A DNA stretch of 64,000 nucleotides from Octopus sinensis. Lineage: Eukaryota. The first letter of the stretch is position 1. Every line of letters starts with the position of its first letter. Both the position numbers and the translations under genes were made by a program. Positions 49,680-61,984 of the stretch are shown here, one piece after another. Location of the stretch: positions 57,474,001 through 57,538,000 of the forward strand of contig NC_043008.1 of assembly GCF_006345805.1 (NCBI RefSeq). The letters run 5' to 3'. Under the pieces are notes generated by a model. That model ran no database searches and was not told where the DNA came from. It saw only the letters and a program-made list of their open reading frames with translations.

Positions 49680-50810
49680 AAAGCACATTTGATGGGTCTT
49701 TTATGTGCGCTGTGCCTGTACAGTGCAGCTCTATCAAAAAATACTCCATGTCACGTTGAAAGTTCGGGCTTCTTTTTCTTTTAATTCCCTGACATATTTT
49801 GCCAGGCTGGTCTTCATCCTATTTTCAGGGTATCTGAAGGAATTTTTATGCAAATAGAATTGGGTTTTGAAAGAATTTTCAAAAGCACTTTTATAAGTTC
49901 TATATTCGCGTGAGCCTTCTATCTGCATCTTGGCTCTATACACGACTCCTTTTTCCAAACATTTCCCTTCCAACGGACAGGAGGACCCATCTTTGCAATT
50001 ACAATTTTTAAGAGAATTGGAACTATGATTATTAGCAATTATCCTACTGTTTTGTTGGTTAATGAAAGAGGCAAAGTTTCTGCAGCAAGAATAGCTGCAT
50101 ATCCATATGGTATATTGCTAGCCGACATTTTAAATTTATCTGTGTGTCTGCAGGATTTCAAGAGTTCATGTCTTTGATTTAAAGAGTTATTGTCCTGGAA
50201 TAAAATGAAATATTTTTCCAGCAGGCATAAATCACATTTGATGGGTCTTTTATGTGCACTGCTGACTAAGTTCCTAAGAATATCTGGCAGATGATTGGAT
50301 TCTTTGCTAATATAAGATAGCTTATCATTAGGTTTACGGTAAGGTTTAAATTTATCCGACCTTATCCAAATTTACATCTAAAAAATCTAACCTTTCAGGT
50401 TAGTATCTATCATAACCTGTAAGCCCATCCTTTGGAAGAAAGCATTAAGATCCTTCCTAAGCGTATGATTCATGGCCGTTTAAATTATGGGTGACTATAA
50501 GGCCATCATCCCTATATAATCCTGCATCTATAAACGGGAATTCTAGTTTAATTTGCATAGAATATAAGCTCCTATGAGCATACATAACTTAGCTCTGTCG
50601 TATGCCCCCATCTGTACATTGAAAAGAGAATCCTCACTCTTCTTAACCCAGGTGATTTCCTCGCATGTATGATAATATCAATTTCCGAGCTACTGATGTC
50701 GACATACTGCTTGGCGAAGTCTAATGCTTTTAGGAGTAAAGGCCTAGATATTGATGGGTAAAAGTCAAAATCAAACTGCGTAAATTTGCAGTTATGCTTA
50801 TTGGTTTAAA
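49680..50810 (-). mobile_element. Decayed Naiad-type PLE (RT and GIY-YIG pieces)
   Basis: QFDFDFYPSI, VQMGAYDRA, ESNHLP, CNC..SCPLEGKCLEKGVVYRA. Confidence 0.8.
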
Positions 50811-50842
50811 GGGATTAGCCATATATACACGTGTGTGTGTGT

Positions 50843-52860
50843 TAGGGCTTGCAAAAAAACTGATTATTCCCAAAACCGAGTTTAAGTATAAGTAATTCTC
50901 AAAACCGGTTAGAAACCGGTTTTCGCAGATTTAGAGTGGAGTCCCTGTAACAAAGAAGTTTGTCATTGTATTTTGTTACCAGAGGAAAAGAGAGAAAGTA
51001 ACAGGTTGACTGATATCCACAAATATGTTGATGGTGCCTGTATCTATGTACAAGCAATAACAAAAAAAATAATGGTATTATATTTATTGAATGAGGAATG
51101 CAACGTTTTTCTAAGTCGTATTTTTGAGAATCAAACCAAGTTTCTTGACTTGCTGATTCACTTTCCTTGGAAAATAATCTTTTAAAAAACACAATGCATT
51201 CAGTGTTTTACCTGACAAACTTGTCATAATTTTTGTGTTGAAAAGTCTAGTAATTGAAAAAGCTCTTTCCAATTGGACACTAGTTGCTTTAGTTGTAAGC
51301 AATGCTCTTTAAAGTTTTTTGAGCTTTTCACTTCTGTTCGAATTTGCTTCAAAATATTCAAATTCTTTAGAGATTTCACATCCATCTGTTACTATCTTGG
51401 GTTCTTCATTCATTTTCTTCATTGCACTTGTGTATTCACGAATGAGTTCATTACCTTTGTAAGTAGATGGGACAATGGTAACACTTGTTTTTAGGTTCCC
51501 TCCTATTTCATTTTCTTTGTATAATGCTGTTGTGTCCTCAGCATCATGTTCAGGGAATAATCTATGTTTGTTCAGCATACTTCCTTAAATGTTGTTTCAT
51601 TAAAAAAAAGAAAAGGTCCAGAAATTGATTCACCTTTAGACTTCCTTCGGTTATGTAAATACCTCAAGAGAGTCAAGGTTTCGACATTTCTTCTCTTATT
51701 ATATCTATGCATAAATCTTTTACGAAGATTTAGAGCCAAAGGGTTGCCGACAATATTAAGTTTATTCAATAAAAATTCTATAGAATATTCTGCTTTCAGT
51801 AAATCCGTATCATCAGTGCAAATAGCCTTCAAAATAATTTCTACTGGATGCAGAATTTCATATAGTAAATCAAGAGATTTCCATTCTTAGTCAGCTACGG
51901 CATCTGTGGAAAGTACTGCTCGTAGAGCATTTGGAATACAGCTTTTCAATTTCAAAAATCTCTCAATTATATGGAATGTGCTATTCCGCCTAGTTCTGCA
52001 ATCCAGTATAAGTTTATATTCTCTGTTATCAAAGTTCGCTTGTGCAAAATCTTGCAAAATTTCATTATTTGTAGGAGATTTATGGAAAAGTTTTGAAATT
52101 TTTCTTACCTTATTTAAAACTTTGTTAAATTCAGGTTTTAGCTGGAGAAAACAAACATTTTCGTGAGCCAAATCTGTTTGAAAAAGTATGTCTTGTTGGC
52201 TTATGTCATCTTCATCATCACTATCATCTGTAATTGTGATCTCTTCACTTTTTTTATCGGTCTCATCGGTTGAGGCAATATTTTTTTGATAGAGAATGTC
52301 GATCACAGACAGATGTATGCAATGTGTGAGACATTGTTGGTGATCAGGTCTTGTTTCTTTTCCGAATTTCACCATCATAGAAGCACCATCCATCATACAG
52401 CCAACAATGTGTATATCCAAATCCAATCCAAATTCATGAAGATGTCCTCTCACAAATTGCTCTGTTCTCCTGCTATTAAGGGAGCCATGGATCTCAATAA
52501 GACCCAACGACCAATGATTGTCTTTCCCATGAACATTTATGTTCATATATCATTTATTTTGAATTGATGTGTATTCATCCAATGTCAATGAATATCGAAT
52601 CCCCAGCGCTAGTTTGTCTTTCTTGGTTATGTAATTCATTACCATATTCCTGACTCCGTTTGCAGATGTTGGTTGTAATTTATCATATTTGTCTCTCTGA
52701 CTATGAAGATTTCTCTGTATAAAATTGCTTTTGGCGATTGAATTGAAAGAGAATCCATCCATAGCAGCTAACTTCGAAACTTCTTCTTCCATTGATTTCT
52801 TTGTTAAAAAGTGTTCCATTGCTTTTGTTATTTTCCCAGGAGGCTGGTTTGCATCTTTAT
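50843..52860 (-). mobile_element. hAT transposase remnant with 3' TIR
   Basis: SLTLDEYTS, DGASMM, CLTHCIHL, LDCRTRRNST, ATSVQLERAFS; tagggcttgc terminus. Confidence 0.85.
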
Positions 52861-52879
52861 ATATATATATATATATATC

Positions 52880-53400
52880 AGGAACTATCAAAAACATCAA
52901 ATTTAAAAATCACCCATTGAGGTATAACCCGTACCAAAGAAAATTAAAAGAACTAATAAGAACTCTTAAGAGTAAGAACGGCATTCTAACCCATTCTGAC
53001 AAAACCAGTAACATTTATAATATGGACATCCTTACATACCATGAATTACTACATAAAGAAATTACTAAAAAATATAAAATTGTACCTTTTAACATACTTA
53101 GGAAACTAAACTTTGAGGTTAGAGAAATAATGTTGGATTATTACCTGGAAGAAAAAACTGAACCTTATACCCCCACTTAGGCAGACTGAGTAAACTTATT
53201 CTGGACAAATATTTACCAACTATACGTAACAAAATTAAACTTAGCCTTTGGAAGAATACTCAAGGTGCACTAGATTGGTTTTCTGCCATTAAGGTCAGTG
53301 ATAATGATAGAAGTAAATTCATCCAATTTGATATACAAAATTACTACACATCCATAAACCCTATTATATTAAATAAGGCTTTAATTTTTACTAGGAGACA
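52880..53400 (+). mobile_element. Naiad-type PLE RT fragment
   Basis: HPLRYNP, SDKT, GRLSK.ILD, FIQFDI..YYTSI; homologous to 14500-15060. Confidence 0.8.
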
Positions 53401-53429
53401 CTAAATTAAGTATGGGGGAGATTAGGGTT

Positions 53430-56031
53430 ATCTCCCTTCATCAAACCCACTTCCTGCCTCCTCATCCGTGCTACCATCCGTTCCACCCACTCTCTCCTTC
53501 ACTCCTTTGACCACCTACTTCCCCAAGCTTACCTTCTCTCCTCCCTCTGCCCTCCACTCTTCACCCAACCTATTCTCCGCTTCATTCTTAATCTCAACCA
53601 CCAGCTTCATAATTTCCTCACACACAAAAAACAAAAAAACTCCACCACCTCCTCAACCCTTCACCTCCTTCCCATCCCCTCTCCTCCTGTTCCTCCCCTC
53701 CAGCTCCCCCGACTCTCTCCACCCCCCTTCCCCCTCCACGGATCAACACACACCCCACCCTGACCTTTCTACACCTACCCCTACTTCACCTAACCACCCC
53801 CACTCTCCTCACACCTCTGCATCCCCTCTTCCCGACCCCACTCATCCCACCACCCCGCTTCCTCGCACTGTTGTCACTATAACTCCCAATCTCCCCCACT
53901 CCGCCGCCGAGCGCTCCCTCCTCAGTAAGGGACTCCGCTTCACGCCTCTCACGTGCCACTGTGACGAATTCAAGACTCGGATGGATGTCAACCAGTTCCT
54001 GCGCCGCCTCAAACTTTGCGCCTTCTACCACGCGTCTCCGCAGCGTCACGACAATCAGGATTGCTTTTTGGAGCTGGGGCGCTGCCCATCCAACTGGACG
54101 CCGCCCCCGGTCCAATTCAGTAGCCTAGACTCGTTTGTGAACGACTGCAACGCGTTGGTAAACCGGTTTAATTTTTAAAAAAGACCTCTCCGAGACAACC
54201 TCACACAGGCTGAATTGGTTGCCCTTTGCCACCTCCGTCACCGCAATGACATTGTCATCAAACCGGCGGACAAAGGCGGAGCAGTGGTGGTGTGGCGCGC
54301 CAATCTCTACAGGGAAGAAGCGCTCAGCCAGCTTCAAAATCCCCTCTTCTATCGCCTCCTCCCCTCTGATCCTACCTCTTCCTACCAACAGCGAGTGTCC
54401 TCCACTATCCGCGAACTCATCTCCTCTTCTGCTCTCCCCCCCACCGCCACCAACCTCATCGTCCGCACACCCCGCACCTCCACCATCTATTTCCTTCCCA
54501 AAATTCATAAGCCCAATACCCCTGGCCGCCCCATCGTTTCCGCCTGTAATTGCCCTACTGAACACATTTCCCTATACCTCGACCGCATCCTGTCCCCTTT
54601 AGTCAAAGCCCTCCCTTCCCACATACATGATACCAACCACGCCCTCCGTCTCCTCAATTCCTTTTCCTTCCCTTCCAGCCCCTCACACCTCCTCTTCACC
54701 CTTGACATCAAATCACTGTATACGGTAATTCCCCACAACGACGGTCTCCTAACTCTCCAACACTTCCTCGACCCCACCCCTAGCACCCCCACCCTCCTCC
54801 GCCTGGCAGAGCTCGTCCTAACTTTCAATTGTTTCATGTTCGCTGGGGAAACGTACCAACAGGTGTCCGGGGTCGCGATGGGAATGAGAATGGGTCCCAA
54901 TTTCGCCAATCTCTTTGTTGGCTACATTGAGGCCCAAGTATTCTCCCAATTCTCTGGACCGACCCCAGAACTATACGGTCTTTACATAGACGACTGTATA
55001 GGCGCCACCTCCCTTTCCTGCGAACAACTCTGCCACTTCATCTCCTTCCTCTCTAACTTCCACCCCTCTCTACAATTCACTTCTACCATATCCAATACTT
55101 CCGTTAACTTCCTTGATATCTCTCTCAGCATCGACCACTCCTCCCACTCTCTCACTACCTCCGCCTTCTTCAAACCCACGGATTCCCACCTCTATCTCAA
55201 CTTCTCCTCCCATCCCTTCCACACCAAACGGGCCATCCCCTACTCCCAGTTCCTCCGCCTCCGACGCTTGTGCAGCCGCGACCAGGATTTCGAGACCCAG
55301 TCTCAATACCTGGCCCGCCTGTTCAGGCTTCGAGGATACCCACCTACCCTGGTCTTGAACGCGCTCGTCGCATTGACCGCACCACCGCCCTTTCTCCTTC
55401 CAATCACCCCCCCCCCCAACCGCACCCCTTTCCCCTCCTTTTCCACCCCTCTACTCTACCCCTTCGTCGGAAGATACTTCGTGCCTTCCGTTGTCTCCAG
55501 CTCTATTCCACGACCCACCCCATTTTCCCCAACCCACCCCTGTCCTCCTTCAAACGAGCCCGGAATCTACGCGACCTCCTGGTCCGTAGCACCCTCCCTT
55601 ACCCCTCGGCCCCACTCGGATCCTTCCCATGCTCCAGATCCCGCTGCAACACCTGCCCCTTCATCACCAACACCACTGCTGTCACCGGTTCCAACCGGCA
55701 AACTGTACGTATCAGGTATTCCTTTACGTGCACCTCGTCTGGACTCATATACTGCATTAAATGCAACCGCTGCAGGATGCTGTATATAGGACAGACGGGA
55801 CGCCGGTTGTCAGACCGATTCGCCGAGCATCTGAGGGATGTTCGTCTACCTTCCAATTCTCCCGTCGCATGTCACTTCTGCTCGGCCAGCCATTCCCTCA
55901 ATGACATCTCGATGTTTGGTCTTGCCCCACACAACGGCTCTCCACAATCTAGGCTTCACTTGGAGCAACGGTTCATATTCCTTCTACAGACTCTAACCCC
56001 ACACGGACTCAACACAGCCCCCTCCTCTTAG
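53430..56031 (+). mobile_element. C-rich Neptune-type PLE, RT + GIY-YIG with few disruptions
   Basis: LLSKGLRF, IKPADKGG, YFLPKIHK, LDIKSLYT, GVAMG, YIDD, CSRSRCNTC, LIYCIKC..YIGQTGR. Confidence 0.92.
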
Positions 56032-56124
56032 TGACTGCACTCCACTTCCCCCCACTAGCATCTTTTATTTTTTGTTTATTAATTATTTTATATTTTTTAA
56101 TTTTTATAATTGTCCTTATGCAGT

Positions 56125-56710
56125 CACACACACACACACATACTCACGTACCCACGAACACACCTACTCCCAACACACCACACACACACAACGTACATGC
56201 ACATGTACGCACACATACTTCCACACCTATACACACATGCCCGTGCACACAGACCAGGGACAATACTCATACAGATACGCACACTCCTATAAACACCTAG
56301 CTGAGACGTACAGGTATACGCACGTAAACGCACACACGCACATGTACCTTACGCCTACACAACTCCAACCCCCCCACACGTATACATTCATACACACACA
56401 TACATACGTACACACACATAATACATACATAGCTACATTCATTCATACATACACACACACACACACACACACACCACACGCGCGCACACATACATACATA
56501 CATACACATGCATACACATACATGCATACACACACATACATACACACATACACACACACAAACAAACATACATACACACACATACACATACACACACATA
56601 CACATACATACACACATATACATACATACACACACACATACATGAATACACACATACATACACACATACACACATACATAGATACATACACACATACATA
56701 CACACACATG
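56125..56710. repeat. Compound (CA)n/(CATA)n microsatellite
   Basis: Direct inspection; source of the spurious His/Thr and Cys/Val ORFs. Confidence 0.95.
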
Positions 56711-56759
56711 AGAGATTTAGTATGCTCGGTTAAAGAAACTTGATAATAGCCTTTTCTCA

Positions 56760-57290
56760 AATCTAATTTGGTTAAGCAGACCGAATTGCGGACTCTATCA
56801 ACTCAATCATCAATCCACGGAATAGGGGAAGAATCTGTGGCCTGGCCTTGGTGTAATTATTGATGATGCTATCGTGTAGGGGTTGTGAATATATGCTGTT
56901 TTCTACCAGGTACAAGTTCTTGGTTTTGTTGGGAAAAAGTGCTTTTTTTTTTTTTTTTTTTTTGAGCTTTTTATGTAACTTATATATTTTTTCAGTTTCT
57001 GTTTGAAAGTGTTAAAAGACTTACGGAATTTTATTTTGTTCATAAGCTTCAGTAGGTCTGCTTCGAAGTCTTCCAAGCCATTGCTCTTTGGAGGGAATTT
57101 CTTAGATTTTATACCATAGAATATATTTTCTATGGTGTCCACTTCCGTGTTGTAAAAGAAAGCTTTCCATCTCATGCGCTTCATCAGGCCTGTATTATTC
57201 TCCAAAAGTTTCCCTTGATGGTATTGGTATGTTTTTCATAGAATAATCGACGTAATAAGTGTCGATATTGAATTCTTTTGCGGGATAGTC
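56760..57290 (-). mobile_element. Naiad-type PLE N-terminal fragment
   Basis: DYSMKNIPIPS, MKRMRWKAFF, FEADL. Confidence 0.75.
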
Positions 57291-58162
57291 CTCAACCGAT
57301 GCCAAGGATATATATATTGTTACGAAACCACCTGCCGTTGCTTGAACTTCGGAACCCGGGACCCTACCAAGTTGAGTGACGACGATTGACCGGCCCAGTC
57401 GAACGGGGAATTCGCCACGGAAAGAGAGGATTCGGTGGGGGAATGGCAGCGAACACAAACCGGAGACCGGAGATAACAGCAACAGCAGGAAGAAAAACAG
57501 AGACACGGCGGAAGGCAATTGGCTACATTTAAGAACAGTTTATAACTATTACAAAATCAAATACAATGTGATACATATCAAAGATACATTAAAAAAAATA
57601 ACATGCAAGAAAACAACAAAATCAAAGCATTTAAACGGTTCACATCGAATCAAAACAGAATGTTCATGATATAGCACAGCCCGGAGACAATAGTTCAAAT
57701 CAGTTCAATGTTCTACATTAGTCTCTCTCTTTCTTTTTCTTTTCAACACAGTTCTTTCTTTTTCCTCTTTCCTTCTTTCTCTTTTTTTTCACATCAATTC
57801 TCTTTTCTTTAACAACTCTTTTTAACACAATTCACATCAAAACATAAACAACACATACCGTTACATTTTCTAGTTACAACTCCTACTACAATAGCCATGC
57901 CTTCTATCCGCTGTAATCCCTCTCTTTCGCTCTACATGTTCCCAATGCTTATCTGTCTGTCTTCCTCACCACGCCTGTCATCCTCTCGCCATCGCCACCT
58001 TCTTGGCTGCTGTCTTTTGCCAACTGACTGCCTCCTCCAGCCCCTTTGCTGTCTCAGGCAGAACTCCTAAACTGCCCTGTTACCAATTCACTGTCTCCGG
58101 CCGAGCTGACCCAACAAACCCACAGCTCCCGCATTTTAAAGGGTAGCAGATTTATTTTTTCC

Positions 58163-59863
58163 TTATAAGGTGTAGCGTATAAGGTGAAGATTGTCCTGGA
58201 TCGACCTGCCTGGAATTGCACATGTCTGTGCTCTCCCTACAAGTTTCTCCACGACAACCGTCAACCTTTTTGCTAACACCTTGGCCAAAATCTTTAACTC
58301 TACATTAAGTAGAGTTATGGGCCTGTAGTTACTAATATTATCCCCCTTGCTCGGGTCTTTCTGGATTAGCGTTACCACTCCCCGGCTTACAGAACTGGGA
58401 ATTCTCCCATTCTGTTGCCAGTTCGTGTAGACGCCTGCCAGTATTCCCCCGAACAAGTCCGGCATACTTTGGTAAAACTCGTAGGGCAGACCATCCAACC
58501 CCGGCGACTTCTCCCCGGCGCATCCGGCCAGTATCTCCTTTATCTCCGCGGGAGTGATCGCTCCTTCACAGCACTCCACCTCTCGCCCCGCGAGCCGCGG
58601 TCCGCCGGCTAGGAAGTCCTTTAAGGCCCTCCCCCGATCCGGCGAACCACCACCCCCGAACACGCGAGCGAAATGCTGGTGAAGAAACTTTTGCATCTCC
58701 TCCTGTCCATAGATCTTTTGTCCCTGTTCGTCAGTCAAAGATTTGATTGAGGCTCTGTTGCCTCTCTTACTCTCCACACGACGGGCCCATCCGACCACGT
58801 TAATGCCTTCTCGTTTCCCAGCGCGCAGCTTAGCTCTGACTCTGCAACCTTCGTGTTTGGAGTTAAGGTGACGGTACAATACCGTCCTTGCCGCCAACAC
58901 TCCGGATGCAGAGCCAGCTTCCATTGCCTCGTCTAGATTCTTAACTAAATCGCCCTCTAGACTAGCCCTATCTATCCTTAGCTGATTGCTAAATCTAACG
59001 GACTCTAAACGAATGGCTCTTTTGAGGGCGTGCCACCATCTATTGTTAATGATGGTGCCGCACAATGCCCTCTGAACTAACACCTTAATCCGGGTACGGA
59101 AGTCTTCACAATTCAAAATAGCCTTGTTCAGCTTCCAGTACCCGGGTCCCTGTCTATGACACTTGTCTAATTGCACCTCACACGTCACAAACTTGTGATC
59201 TGAGTAAGGTACAATATGAAATTGTGGACAACTAAACGTATCCTTATCTCTTTTCTTAATAAATATCCTATCTAGATACGATCTGTGTGAGCCGTCGTTG
59301 TTACTCCACGTCCACTGTGGAACGCTCGGCTCATCCAGTCGGTAACGGTCCACTAGATCAAAGCTCTCTAGTAGACCCTTGAGGCTAGGGTTCCCCTTCC
59401 TATTGGTTGAGCCAACACTGTCGATGTGCGCTTCAAGGACAGTGTTAAAGTCCCCTACTAGGATTACTGTTTTCGACGTCGCTAGAAAGGGCTCCAGGTT
59501 CCGAAAAAAACCCGTCTGTCTACCCTCGTTCGGGGCGTAGACAGCTACCAACCTGAAGGACTGTTTACTTGCGTGAGTCACATCCAGGACAACCAGCCTG
59601 CCTTCTGGGTCCAGAAAGACAGTACTTACCTGCAAGTCCAAGCTCTTCCTGATGAAGACTGCCACGCCTCTGCCTCTTCCTCGGCTAGGAGAAATAAATT
59701 TCTCGAAACCATTTAGAAGAGGCGAGAACGCTTGGGTCTCGCTCATCTTGGACTCGGTTGCAATAGCAATATCTATACCGTGTGTCGTGAGGTCGTTCAG
59801 GAAACAAATTTGTTTCCATTTCGACCCCATTCCACGTACGTTTATACAGCCCAGCTTAGCCAT
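58163..59863 (-). pseudogene. Tx1 ORF2: AP endonuclease and start of RT (566 aa, truncated)
   Basis: INVRG, ATES, VYAPN, VGDFN, SYLDR, SDH, GPGYWKLN, KSPGLDGL, YRPITLLN; ends before the YxDD motif. Confidence 0.92.
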
Positions 59864-61520
59864 TGCGGGCGAGAGAGAAAATTAAATGTACTCACGGTTG
59901 CGAAAGGGAGCAAGGCAGTTTAAATTTGCCTGCTTCCCTTTCTTCCGCTACTGCAGGGCCTTTGACCGGCGTTGCCACTGGGCTCTGGGTGGGTGTGGTT
60001 GCCGGGGTTATTGTTAGTTTGCCCTCTAATACCTCCTTGGTAACATCTCTTATTAGGCGGTTCCTCAGGTGTTCCTGAAGAACCTCCTCCTTCCATTCGT
60101 TCTCCCCTACCTTCGCGAAGCGCGCGATTGCTTTCCCATCTGAGGTTCTGCTGTACAGCATAAATCTCGAGAGTTTGCAGCATTTGTAAACTTTCTCATT
60201 TTTCTCATCAAACGCTATTATCTTTTCATTTTTCAGTAAGCATTTTTTAAGGTCTTGTTTTATGGGGAGGGGTTTGGCAAACTGTTTTCCAATGAAAACA
60301 GTGCCATGGGGGTAGGGTTGGGGGATTTGCTTGATGTGTGTGTCTGCTGTGTTAGTTGTTTTTTTCCTTGTTTGGGGAGGGGAGTCCTGGGTATTCTCTT
60401 TTTTTCTTTTGTGCGTGACTTGAGTGTATTCCATCAGTTCTGTTTGGTCTGTTTTTGCTTCCGTACTTGTCTTGGTCATTTTGTTGTTTTTATTTGTTTC
60501 CTCCCCTTCCGCGTTAGGTGCACTTGGAGGAGGCACTTCTTCTGTTCTTTTTTTCCTGGTACAGTTGGATCGGACGTGACCCTTCTCTCCACACTTGAAG
60601 CATCTGGGTCTCCGTCCCTCCACCGAAACTCTCATGGACGTACCGTCTTCATTGAAGATTCTGTCAGGCAGGCTCTCCAAGATCTTGTTCTCTGCCTGTA
60701 CGAGGAGTTCCAGAGTCTGACCCTTCCACCGTACCGCCTCCTTCCTTCTCATTTGCAGTATGGATATTTCGCGTTCCATATTATGCAAGACCGCCGCTGC
60801 TACCCACATGATGTCGTACCCTCTGGGTATGTCTTCAACCATTAACTTTGCGGTTCGCTTCCCCATATACGAGGGTAGCAGCATGATGTCGTCGTTTTTA
60901 AGGGTCAACGACGACACCTCTTTCGCCACCTCTGCCGTGTCAAAGTGCGCTTCGATCGTGGCACTACGTGCACCTCTCACTATATGGCGAATTTTGTCCC
61001 ACACCGGGGCCAAGCATTTCTCGACGATTTCATTTTTCATGTCCATAATCTTTTTTTCTTTAAAGCTGTACACTTTATAAATTACAATCCTTTCCTTGAT
61101 TTCTTGTACTTTCGCTTGCGGCGGTACAAGCCTTATCTCGCCTCCTTCCACTTTTACTAAGTTCCTGTATTCGTACAGCTGTTCGATTTTGAATTCGATC
61201 TCCAACATGGCGCCACCCACCGCGGCCGAGAATGACTGTCTGGGTACTTGATTTTCCTCCTTTTCACCTTTTCCCATCACGGGAAAGTCTTCCTTCGACG
61301 TCAAGTCGAACTCCATTTCAGGAAATTACCTCTAAGGTAACAAAATATGGTTAATACAAAATTTTCTGCCCCGTAGGGCGAAAATTACCGTTTTACAACG
61401 GGCACTGTTCAGTACAGTTAACACAAACAATGATATTACAACTTCGAACTCTCTTAAATGGCAGCGGCAAATTTCTCACAACGCAAACAGCAATAAAGAG
61501 AAGGCGATGGATATACATAT
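58166..61520 (-). mobile_element. Tx1-clade LINE with intact 5' end, 3'-truncated in RT
   Basis: 5' UTR, ORF1 and ORF2 start are contiguous and uninterrupted; flanked by 315-bp direct repeats. Confidence 0.92.
59892..61316 (-). CDS. Tx1 ORF1p, gag-like CCHC zinc-knuckle protein (474 aa, intact)
   Basis: VSVEGRRPRCFKCGEKGHVRSNC; directly upstream of ORF2. Confidence 0.88.
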   Translation of the reverse strand: MEFDLTSKEDFPVMGKGEKEENQVPRQSFSAAVGGAMLEIEFKIEQLYEYRNLVKVEGGEIRLVPPQAKVQEIKERIVIYKVYSFKEKKIMDMKNEIVEKCLAPVWDKIRHIVRGARSATIEAHFDTAEVAKEVSSLTLKNDDIMLLPSYMGKRTAKLMVEDIPRGYDIMWVAAAVLHNMEREISILQMRRKEAVRWKGQTLELLVQAENKILESLPDRIFNEDGTSMRVSVEGRRPRCFKCGEKGHVRSNCTRKKRTEEVPPPSAPNAEGEETNKNNKMTKTSTEAKTDQTELMEYTQVTHKRKKENTQDSPPQTRKKTTNTADTHIKQIPQPYPHGTVFIGKQFAKPLPIKQDLKKCLLKNEKIIAFDEKNEKVYKCCKLSRFMLYSRTSDGKAIARFAKVGENEWKEEVLQEHLRNRLIRDVTKEVLEGKLTITPATTPTQSPVATPVKGPAVAEEREAGKFKLPCSLSQP

Positions 61521-61984
61521 ACACATACCGTTACATTTTCTAGTTACAACTCCCACTACAATAGCCATGCCTTCTATCCGCTGTAATCCCTCTCTTTCGC
61601 TCTACATGTTCCCAATGCTTATCTGTCTGTCTTCCTCACCACGCCTGTCATCCTCTCGCCATCGCCACCTTCTTGGCTGCTGTCTTTTGCCAACTGACTG
61701 CCTCCTCCAGCCCCTTTGCTGTCTCAGGCAGAACTCCTAAACTGCCCTGTTACCAATTCACTGTCTCCGGCCGAACTGACCCAACAAACCCACAGCTCCC
61801 GCATTTTAAAGGGTAGCAGATTTATTTTTTCCTTAAACTTTCCCTGACCGTAGGGGCCAAAATGTCACTTCCTAATACATAAAACTTTCCAGAAACTAAC
61901 AGAACAAAAGATTTACCCGTCTGCTTGACGCCAACTCACAAAAGTGGGTCATAGCACTCTGTTTCTCAACTGACCCCATATCAC

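Larger units (their letters stand above)
57851..61835. repeat. 315-bp direct repeat pair (57851-58165 and 61521-61835)
   Basis: Identical apart from two substitutions seen by eye. Confidence 0.95.

Noticed and set aside
53420-53432. Telomeric TTAGGG seed next to a PLE
   Set aside because: Only about 1.5 units (similar at ~19248); expected by chance.
56031-56760. His/Thr-rich and Cys/Val-rich ORFs
   Set aside because: Translations of the CA/CATA microsatellite.
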